Source of the DNA: Eledone cirrhosa
Taxonomy: Eukaryota
NCBI GenBank assembly: GCA_964016885.1
Contig: OZ024743.1
Coordinates: forward strand, 56,792,001-56,856,000
Direction of reading: 5' to 3'
Length of the DNA stretch: 64,000 nt
The notes beneath the pieces were generated by a model, which made no database searches, was not told where the DNA came from, and saw only the letters and a list, made by a program, of their open reading frames with translations. Positions 54,340 through 64,000 of the stretch are shown one piece after another; the first letter of the stretch is position 1, and each line of letters opens with the position of its first letter. A program made the translations under genes and the position numbers.

Positions 54340-54665
54340 ACACACATTATATCATATTACTGAGATTACTCTCTGTTGCTACTCAGAGTTTCGCGTGATC
54401 TTGTGATAACAACAACAGAAAGTAATACAGTAATATAATAAATATACACTACTTTCTACTTTGGTATTGAGCACTTTTTCCTCCCGTTTGCAAACCCAAA
54501 TATACGAATATTATATATATTCATTTTATCAAGGCTGAATAGTGAGTCTTCTTACTCTAGAGTTTCGCAGGTTTATCACAAGTGATAAACTCAGCTTTAA
54601 TAAAATGAAAATTAAAACCCTGCTTCGGTATTGAGTACTGCTTTCTCTCAGCCGTCAACCACATG
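54340..54665 (-). mobile_element. Two Penelope-like terminal fragments with damaged hammerhead motifs
   Basis: GCGAAACTCT..GAGTA at 54393-54366 and GCGAAACTCTAGAGTA at 54568-54553; both share a ggtattgag(c/t)act motif. Confidence 0.65.
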
Positions 54666-54678
54666 CGGATATATATAT

Positions 54679-54882
54679 ATATTTAATGTATAATAAACAA
54701 TACAGTATAATTACCTCATTACCAGAGGTTTCCCGAATAAGACGAATACAAGACACGTCCGCATTCGTTCATCAGACAAGGCAATTCGATTGCCTTGTCT
54801 GATGAACGAATGCGGACGTCTTATTCGGGAAACCTCTGGTAATGAGGTAATTATACTGTATTATTTATTATACATTAAATAT
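54679..54882. repeat. 204-bp near-perfect palindrome with a hammerhead core on each strand
   Basis: 3-nt loop 54786-54788, one 13-nt bulge, one mismatch; CTGATGA 54799-54805, GAAAC 54829-54833, GTA 54847-54849. Confidence 0.9.
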
Positions 54883-55149
54883 TTAGCTCTGTAACTTACA
54901 TAGAGCACTCTTCATTCCTCTGACTTTTTCAATTTTCAACGGAAACTTCAATACATATATAGATGGAGAGATAGAGAAAGAAAGAGAGAGGGTGAGACGG
55001 GGGGTGTATATTTACATGTACACATTGTTGACTGAGAAGAGACAGATAATATACTACCAACACACTCTCAGCTAATTCGAACGGTTCTGACACGATCCGA
55101 ACCCCGTTCAATGGAGTAGTTATGCTAAAATATCATTGAAAACTAACCA

Positions 55150-55640
55150 TATTGGTTGTTTAGTCCCTCCCGCTCAACCCCGAACCTACATACTGATAAT
55201 AAAAGACGTGACCATCCGTTTTCTTAGGGAGGGAATGGTATTTGGGACTAATTGTCCAATGTATCCTTTCCCCAAGACCGTAGGTGAGATTTGAGGTATA
55301 TTTGGCTACTATTTCTAGCATGTAGAGGCTCCTTTTAACCCTGAAGCAACACACTGATAATAAAATACGTTCCAGCCGTGTGAGAGGAATCTAAGACTAC
55401 ATTGTCTGGGTCCTTCTCGTGAGATTTGATGTAGATTTGGTTGTTATTTCTAGCATGCGGAGATCGCTTTCAACTCCGAACTAGGGTACAGATGATAAAA
55501 GACTTTCTAGTCGGGACCATCTGTTTTTAAGGAGGTGGCATCTAGGACTATATAGTCCAGTGTGTATTTTCCTTTAGACAGGTGAGAATTGAAATAAGTT
55601 TGGCAGTTATTTTTAGCATATGGAGGCTCCTCTCAACATA
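55150..55640 (+). repeat. Three diverged tandem units (about 140-180 bp) of an unclassified repeat
   Basis: ctgataataaaa...gacta.attgtc...gtgagatttga...tttggcwgttatttctagcatg..gaggctc recurs three times. Confidence 0.75.
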
Positions 55641-55822
55641 TTAGTTGATGTAGTTACAGAAAGTCAGGATATAACAAACATATTGTAAGGTATAACAGTA
55701 AATAAACAGAGAGAGAGAGAAGCCATGGAATATCGTCGGTCGGAATGAGAGAGATGAGAGAGAAGATATGTTGTCTTCTGTTGACACGAATATATCTGTA
55801 GAGAGATACATAGACAGCTTAC

Positions 55823-55970
55823 CTAAATGATGTGTAGAGAAAGTAATGAAATAATCCACGGTGTAGCTTAATGTTTCAAGTGAAGGGAAGGAAGGGTGAA
55901 GCCAGACATTCTACATGTCTCCACGCGTCTTCAATAAAGACGACACAAAACCATCAACTCCATCTTGAAT
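55823..55970 (-). other. ICA1: Putative non-coding first exon of ICA69 (5' boundary approximate)
   Basis: The ATG exon has an acceptor, so an upstream exon is required; best donor candidate is TAG|gtaagc at 55823/55822 next to the promoter-like sequence. Confidence 0.55.
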
Positions 55971-56020
55971 ACGGATTCTACCGGAATGTACCGAATACCT
56001 CCGAATGTTGCCGAATAATA
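55955..56020 (-). promoter_or_regulatory. Putative ICA69 core promoter / TSS region
   Basis: Unique, visibly CpG-retaining sequence; YY1-like AAGATGG (55966-55960); CCG(G)AAT at 55981, 55991, 56001, 56011; strong donor AG|gtaagc about 140 nt downstream; lies between the OLA1 3' end and ICA69. Confidence 0.55.
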
Positions 56021-56344
56021 TATTTGGGTGGTGTCAACATGTAAGCACATAATATCGTCTTTGCTTTTTCCGTTTTGTTTACTTTCAAGTGTTGTTTTTA
56101 TATATCTAAATATCGATCTCTTTGCACTTATAAATATTGATTTCTTACATATAAGATCTCACATTTTATGGGAGACGATATGATATTGTGTAATGTTCAC
56201 GTAATTTTTCCAAACCAGTAGTGACTAGCTAAATTTGAAACTTAGCCTGTACAAATATTTTAACATTCTAAATATTACAAATATTTCGAGAATTAATATT
56301 TTTTCTATAAGTTTTGAAGTCTTGTAATGGTTTCCGGAAATCAA

Positions 56345-56990
56345 TAATAACCTGCTGATATGTGTAAAACGTCATCAACAACCTGTTGATATGTGTATAA
56401 AATATTTAGTAATAATCTGCACATATATATGAAACGTCATTAGTTGCTTGTTACAGGATAAGAAATTCTCAGGAAAGCTAGACAGCAGAAGGTCTTCGGA
56501 GAAGAAACCCTACTCGAGCAAGTGTTGTGGCCCTTAGTTTCCAGTTGATTTGTGTAAAACGTCATTTAAGAGCATTTTATGTGTAAAACGTCATTAACAA
56601 CTGGTTTATATGTTATAACCATCATCATCATTTGACCTCTATTTTTTTCTCATTTCTGGTAAATTATGTGTAAAACACCAGCAAGTGCCAGTTAATATGT
56701 ATTAAAACGTTTAATAACGATTAAAAAACTAATAATAATACGTTTTATAATAACCAGCAAATACGCGTAAAACTCCTTTTAGAGCCTGTAACATCATCAA
56801 AAGCCTGATGATATGTGGATAAAACATATAATATTAATCTGAAAATATGTGTAAAACATCGTTAAAAATGTTATGAGTAATACGTCATTAACAGCTAGTT
56901 GATGTCATCAGGTTCATCATCATCATCATTTTATGTACATTTTTCCATTGTTGGCATATTATGTGTAAAACACTATTAAGTGTCTGTATA
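56345..56990. repeat. Degenerate about 30-bp minisatellite with ACGTCA motifs
   Basis: tgatatgtgtaaaacgtcattaacaac-like units. Confidence 0.75.
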
Positions 56991-57159
56991 AAAAATATTT
57001 AATAATTCTTTCTACTTTTAGCACAAGGCCAGCAAGGCCAGCAATTACCCCAGTACATTACTGGTACTTTATTTTATCGACCCCGTAAGGATGAAAGGCA
57101 AAGTTAACCTCGGCCGGATTTGAACTCAGATCATGATCTGCAAATATGTTTAAAATGTC

Positions 57160-57945
57160 TTCTTTTTCTTCTTCGTCCACTTATTCCTGCAAGGGTCATG
57201 GGGGTAGAGTCCTCAGACATTCTTTCCAGTGGGTTTTGTCGGAAGCAACCGTCTCCAACTGATCCGGCTGGATCCCCAAGCGAGACCAACCAACTTCATG
57301 GATGTTATCCAACTATCGTGCTCGGATTCTACCCCTGGGTCCCCTGCTGGTTGGTTTTGCCTGTAAAATCTGTCCAGCGATTCTTTCCTGAGACATTCTA
57401 ACTGCATACCCGTAGTATCGGAGTTGTGATCTCTCAATTCAGAGAAGTAGCAGCTCTACCTGGAGTGACTCTGATTTCCGAGTTATACACTCTATCGAGT
57501 AATGTTACTCCAAAGACTCTTCAGAGGAACCCCTTTTCAACCGCTTGAATTCTTTCAATTATTACCCTACCGAATGCTAAAGCTGGTGCATTACTGTACG
57601 AGCTCCTGCAATTCTTGCACTTAATTCAACCTCCTGCCTTCCATCACTCATGAACACGGCTCTGAAATACTTGAATTTCAGTGGAACTCCATTTACATGT
57701 AGAGTGCACTGCACAGGCTTCCTTGAGAAGACGAGTATTTCAGTTTTCACAACACTGATTTTCATTCCAGCCATGCAGCACTCAGCATCAAACCTATCAA
57801 GTGCAAGTCGGAGATCACCTTCTCACAAGTTAAATAACACCATGTCATCTACAAATTCCAGCTGACTGATTTTACACCAGATAGTCATGATACCACTTCC
57901 AACCTGGCTGTGTATGTCAATCCTGTTCATGTAAATAATGAACAG
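57160..57945 (-). mobile_element. Degenerate RTE LINE, second family
   Basis: AGMKISVVKTEILVFSRKPVQCTLHVNGVPLKFKY...SDGRQEVELSARIAGA resembles RTE RT domains 6-7. Confidence 0.85.
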
Positions 57946-60900
57946 GTGTTTAGAATGTCACTAGCCAAATTCAACTCTCAGTTCTGACAAACTGATTTTA
58001 ACTGGAGACAGAGCTGACCTACCATTAGGCCAACTAGGGCATATTACTGAACCTTAAAGGATCACAATTTTATGCACATTTTTATAATTTCCCCATGATC
58101 AATAAGTAAGATGCTAACTGCAGTTTAGCAGTGTTATGGAAATATCTGAAATGGTGGAGAGGGTCGTATGGCGTTATGACCTGTAACACGATTTGGTATG
58201 GCTGAATGTTAATTGTGTAGTAGAAAGACCGAGAAGTGTCAAAAACTAGATTTATCAGCTTTGTCAAACTGTAAGTTGAAATTATTTTATTGGAAGAGTG
58301 GAGTAGAATAACTAAGAGAAGGGAGTGCATATTGTAGGGCTAGTCAAAGTCTGTCTCGAGTCCAGAGGCTCATCAGGCTGGTGCTAACCATGGTTTCTGT
58401 GGCATAAAGTGACTGAGAGCACAAAACTCCCCCTTAGACAGGCTTAACCCACCCTGCTATTGCTAATAGTCATTTTCAGCTGAGTATACTGGAGCAACAT
58501 GAACTGAAGTGTTTTGCTCAAAAACACAACTAACAACCCAGTCTAGGAATCGAATCCATGACATTATAATCATAAGTCCAACACCCTAGGGCACTAAATA
58601 CCCAGTTGCTAGTCCTAATATTACCTGTGATAGTGATACCACAGCAAACACCAATAAAACCTAGGTGTGGCAGCTCGATAGCAACAAAATATATTTTCAT
58701 TACAGTTTAACATCTATTTTCCATGCTTGCATGAATTAAAAGGGATGTCAGGTTTTGCAGCTAGCCAGGTGACCATGTCTTCCTCATACAAATGTGTTTT
58801 GGGCTTGGTTTCTATGGCAGGATGTACTGGGAGCTTTTTTTGCGGCACCACCACTATGACTTCACAGGGTAGACAAAGTGCCATTTTGTTGTGGCACCAG
58901 CACTATCACCGTACAGGGAGAAGGCAAAGTTACATCCATTTTTATATGTTGACATGGGTGAGGGGGGTTGCCTTTCCATGATGGAAGGAGTTAGACAAGT
59001 AGAGTGGAGGAACTGCCTTTCCTTGCCGGCAGGAATTGTTGGAGGACTAAAGTGGTATACTCAGATAATGAGGTGGAGGAAGGAAGTATTTAGGATGGAG
59101 ATGGAGGAATTGAATGAAGGTAGTGTAAGCTAGAATTCTTAGCTAATGAGGAGTGAGAGGATGGCTGAGTACGAAGATGGGGGAGGTTGATGCAAATTAG
59201 TTTTCTCCATGTTTATTTCATCCTGTACATGTGGCAAGATGGGTTCTGCAATATGGCATATTACCAGAGAACTTGATCCTGCACCATCTCCTTTCAGAAG
59301 TTTAATTATACAAGGTCAGTTTTTACCACATCACCCCAAGCTTTTCTAGGTCTTCTTTCTTTCATAATGCCATCGACTTCAAGCCTCCTTCACCTTCTTA
59401 TACTGCTGCCATCGCATGTCCATACCACCATAATCTTTTCTCATGCACACTGCATCTGACCCCTTTTATGCTCTATTTCTCACTCAGTTCATTAATGTTC
59501 TTCTTGTACAATACTATTACACATCCATCAGATGCTTCATTTCTTTCCAATCTTTGTAGGTCTTCTGCACACAGCACCCAGGTTTCACTTTCATGTAGTA
59601 TTGTTGTTCACACACAAGCATCATACAGTCTGCTTTTCATTTTGAGGGGAACTCCTTTTGTAGCTAGCAGCGGTAGTAGCCTCTTGAAATTTTTCCATCC
59701 TGTTTTCGCTTTGGGTTCTATATTTTCAGAACACCCATTTCCACTGCTAATTTTGACACCCAGGTAACAGAGGGAGAATATGAATAGGTGAAAGGAGTGT
59801 ATGCAGACAAAAGGTATTTAGTTGAATATTGGAAAGACAAAGGTAATGGCATTTGGTGAGATAGAAAGAACAGGAAGATGGCAGTGTACAGGAAAAGTGC
59901 TGGAGTTCACTCCATACAATATGCACTTAGTGGGTACATTGAAAACGTGTGGTATGAAAGGAATTATTAAATATGGCAGTTATATTTAACCCTTTGGTCT
60001 ATGAAATAAAACTATCTATTTTAAAGGTTTCCAATTGAAATTAAAATCTTCCAACATAATTTTATATAAGACCCTTACATTAAGTTACTATCTTAGTAAT
60101 GAAATAATTAATAATTTTAGTAAAGCCCTCAAAATTCTCTGTTAATTAATTGAAATATAATGTATTTAATTAGAAATGCAGTCATGAAAGGGTTAAGTGT
60201 AAAATATATATATAGAGGGAGCTACAGTTGGAGAGGATGTCGAGATGGATCTTAGGAACAGTGTGAAAACATATTGAATGGGGATGGTAGATTAGGCTTT
60301 GTAACAGTATCTAAAGTGTGATGTGCATGGAAGTAGTTTTTGGAACTGAGCAGTGTGCTAATGTTGCTGAAACTGAAGAAAAGGTTATATGCTTCATGTG
60401 TGAGATGTGCCATGATTTGTGGCATTTCTTACACATGTGAGTGATGAATGTGAAACAACATAGAAGGATGTAGAGAATGGAATTGATAAAGGATGAGCAG
60501 TGTATCACTAAGAGAGAGAGAGAGATAGAAAATGAATTGTAGTTGTTGGGAATAGATTCAGTGATGAATGTTGTGAAGAAAAATGGAATGAGATGGTTGG
60601 GTCTTGAGTTGAGCAGGGAAAGCGGACGTTAAATGATGAGATATAAGTATGTATTCAGTTTAGAGTAGGTACACTATATCCCTGCGCTTCATAAGAAGTG
60701 ACTAAAAGAGTTGGTCAGGAAGGGCATCTATACAAGTATGGAAATTCCATACTCCCACCCAAGTCTTAATCACTTCACCCCTCACCAGCTAAGCACCCCA
60801 CCCTGCCCTAGACCTATCTTTCTAACCGATACCCAGTACGTCATGACAATAATCACCCAGCCTACCCTGTAAAGTGAGCTTGCTGGTGACACAACAGAAA

Positions 60901-61320
60901 CTCCCAGCCCAACCTGTAAAGTGGTCATTTTGGTGGCACGACAAAAGGTACCCAGCCCACACTGTAAAATGATCATTTGTTGCCATGACAAAAAGCACCC
61001 AGTCCACACTGCAAAGTGATCATCTTGGTATCACAATAAAAGGCACTTAGTCCATGTAAATGTAGTTGGCACTAGGAAGGACATCCAGTTGTAGAAACAA
61101 AGCCAGAAAGAGTCCTGTGTGAGCAAGACATGGTTATCTGATTTGACTTGTCTCACAACAGGACATCCCTTCTAAGCCATGCTAGCGTGGAAAATGGATG
61201 GTAAACAGTGATGATTATGAAGGGCATCTGGCTGTAAATCATTGCCTCAAAAAGTCCCGTCCAACCCAGCATGAAATAGTTGATATAAAATTCACAAAAA
61301 TAGTTTTGCTAATGTTTACT

Positions 61321-61539
61321 TTAACTTGTTAGCATTTAAACCGGACGTATCCGGCCAGAATTCTCTCACCTCTTTCTGTTCAAACTGGCTGCTCATAGTG
61401 ATGTTAAGGTACTGTTCTCAAAATAAATAACATCAAAATCTCATAGACTTGATATTATGTGAGATAATTATATGAGGTAAAGCCTTTGCCATGAAAATAT
61501 AATTATATACATAGAGTAATGTAAATACTAAAGGGTTAA
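61321..61539 (+). mobile_element. piggyBac-like MITE family A
   Basis: TTAA ends, right TIR CTAAAGGG-TTAA; same internal sequence. Confidence 0.8.
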
Positions 61540-61633
61540 TGAAGAAACTGAATATTACTTATTCCATCTGTATAACTATTTACTAGTATTAATAATAATA
61601 AATGACTACACAAAACCATAAGAGAAGAACATA

Positions 61634-61639
61634 TTTATT
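61634..61639 (-). terminator. Probable OLA1 polyadenylation signal AATAAA
   Basis: AATAAA about 100 nt after the OLA1 stop, followed by T/GT-rich sequence on the minus strand. Confidence 0.6.
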
Positions 61640-61736
61640 AATAAAGCTCAGATTGTGTTAGATACACAATCTCAATGAAGACCACTGCCAATTGATCTTG
61701 TACTGTCAATTACATTTTCTGTGGATTGATGCTTAT

Positions 61737-61844
61737 TTATTTCTTTTTTCCAGTCAAACCAGCTCCGGCATTAAACTTGAAAAATATTATATCACCATCT
61801 TCCACAATATAGTCGCGGCCTTTTTGCTTATATTTCCCAGCAGA
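61737..61844 (-). CDS. OLA1: OLA1 last coding exon
   Basis: ttttcaatag| acceptor; [35 protein letters not shown], the typical OLA1 C-terminus; in phase with the previous exon. Confidence 0.96.
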   Translation of the reverse strand, partial: SAGKYKQKGRDYIVEDGDIIFFKFNAGAGLTGKKK

Positions 61845-63070
61845 CTATTGAAAAAAAAATTGCAGATTAATCAGAACAAAATTGTAATAAATATATGACT
61901 CAGTAAAATAGTTGATGATCCAATTGTTCAGTCTAGCTAAGCATATGACAACCTCTCTTGTGCTGGTACCACAATAAAATGCACCCAGTACACTCTGTAA
62001 AGTGGTTGATGACTAAATATAATACATCACAACCTCTCTTGTGCTGGTGCTTAAATAAAATGCACTAAGTACATTCTGTAAAGTGGTTGATGACTAAACA
62101 GAGTACATCACAACCTCTTTTGTGCTAGTGCTGAAATAAAAGGCACCCAGTACACTCTGTAAAATGATTGGCAATCGAAGGGAGATAATATAAGGTAAAG
62201 AGGACTCTTCAATGTGGTCAAATATAGATGACAATTCTCTTGTGCTGGTGTTATGATAAAATGCAACCAGTGCAATCAGTTAAGTGGTTGGCGATTTAAC
62301 GAAGGCAATACAAGGTAGAGAGGATTCTTTAGTTTGGTTGAGGATATGACAGCCTTACTAGTGGTGGTGCCATGATAAAATGCACTCAGTGCACTCTGTC
62401 AAATACTTGATGATTGGATGGAGACAATATAGGTTAAAGAAAACTCTTCACTCTGGCCTTGCACATGACAACTTCTCTAATGATTGGTTCTTGATAAAAT
62501 GCAGCTCGTACACTCTGTAAAGTGGTTGGCACTGGGAAAGGCATTCCGTCACAGAAACCATGCCAAATATGGAACAGATGAGCTAGACATTTTTTTTGAT
62601 TAGTCTTGTCTCAGACTGTGATGACCCATCCAACCCATGCCATCACAGCCACATTCTCATCCTCATAATCATTCTATGTTTTTCCATGCATGCATGGATC
62701 AGGATAGGTCCTTTCCAGTAGTATCTCTCTAGTCATTGTCTTCCTTTACTGTAACTTCCTTTTACTGAGATCTCTTGGCACTTCTACACCCAATGATGAT
62801 GATGATGATGATGATCATCACCGTTTTACGTCCATTCTTCCATGCTAGCACGGACGTAAAACGGTGATGATGATGATGATGATGATGATCATTGGGTGTA
62901 GAAGTGCCAAGAGATCTCAGTAAAAGGAAGTTATCATCCATATGTATTGCATGTTTATACCAGTGCAATCATCTCTCTTGTACACTACATCTAATTCATC
63001 AGTGCTCTACTGTTCATGCACACTAACATTGTACCTCTTCACATACATACACAGACAGAGAGAGGCTTAC

Positions 63071-63193
63071 CTTAACAGCAACTTCAGATTCATGTTCTCG
63101 GAAGTCTACATAAGACATTATTTCAGCCATAATAAACCCTTTCTCAAAGTCAGTATGGATTTTTCCAGCAGCCTGGGGTGCTTTGGTATTTTT
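63071..63193 (-). CDS. OLA1: OLA1 (Obg-like ATPase 1 / YchF) penultimate coding exon, TGS domain
   Basis: tttttgtag|...|gtaagc, 123 nt, phase 0/0; translates [41 protein letters not shown], containing the YchF/OLA1 motif [17 protein letters not shown]. Upstream exons lie beyond the window end. Confidence 0.96.
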
Positions 63194-63869
63194 CTACAAA
63201 AACACATTGAAACACAAAATAGAATTTATCAAATGATAATACATCCTCTTCAGTGAAGAGTATTAACAAATAGATAGACTCTTGATTGCAATTCTACATA
63301 GTGGTAGACGTTATTTGGACACAATATAACCAATGTGCCAAAGATAGATTAACTCTTAATGTCCTGTACTAAACGAAACTACATTAGCAAGATATTCTTG
63401 AAAAGCATAAAACAGCTTCAACATTAAAAATGAAAGCCTTTGCTCTAATGCTGCAGATTTTCATAAAGATCTGTCCAAAAATAAAGATACTATAAACATT
63501 TAAATTAATAAACCTGTTTTGGGATTTACTTCTAAATAATTACAAAGTGTTAAGGATGGGTTTTAGTAAGAATGTAAATAAAGTTTTAAAAATTGATTAT
63601 TTAACATTTTCCATGACCACATTTCTAATGAAATGCATTCAATTTTAATTAATAGAGAATTTTGAGGGTTTTACTAAAATTATTAATTATTTCATTACTA
63701 AAAGTAACTTAATGTAAGGTTCTTAAACAAAATTATGCTGGAATAATAGATGATTTTGGTATTGAATTTATTTATTACATCAAGATATCAACAGTTAGCT
63801 ACTCTCTCTATTATACCTCCAGCTAGTCAACCAGCTACACTGTGTTGAAACCTCTAGCATGTCAGCCAG

Positions 63870-63990
63870 CAGGACTGTGTATTGGAGCTTCCAACATGTA
63901 GTCAGACAACAAGAAAGCTCCAATATATAATAAGACAACAAGAAACCTCCAAAATGTAGTAAGACAACAAGAAACCTCCAACATGTCAGC
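63870..63990. repeat. About 30-bp minisatellite
   Basis: ctccaacatgtagtaagacaacaagaaa x3-4. Confidence 0.85.
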
Positions 63991-64000
63991 CTGAAGCACT

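Noticed and set aside
58345-58381. Hammerhead-like CTGATGAG..CTCGAGAC on the minus strand (also near 47415 and 46040)
   Set aside because: GAGA instead of GAAA and no stem III or NUH; it is the terminal stem-loop of a SINE tail.

Overview
AT-rich, repeat-dense animal DNA; the SINE/RTE repeat content resembles an octopod cephalopod (inference, no search run). Two spliced genes lie on the minus strand. (1) The last two exons of OLA1 (Obg-like ATPase/YchF) are at 63193-61737. (2) Most of an ICA69/ICA1 (arfaptin-homology BAR domain) gene follows: probable promoter and first exon near 55.8-56.0 kb, start codon at 35480, eight phase-compatible coding exons down to 4910, and the C-terminus beyond the window start. 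The ORF track misses most of these exons. Introns are filled with RTE and CR1 LINEs, modular tRNA-derived SINEs, TTAA piggyBac-like and TA Tc1/mariner/pogo MITEs, Penelope-like fragments with hammerhead motifs and an 8.2 kb 23-bp satellite. The most notable observations are a near-complete sense-strand hammerhead in an ICA69 intron, fold-back palindromes pairing hammerhead motifs with their antisense, RTE reverse transcriptases with an internal PHD-type finger, an RTE fold-back with an inverted target copy, and 10-bp-phased CCGAAT motifs at the putative promoter. I cannot claim a clearly new biological system. Repeat boundaries were read by eye and are approximate.
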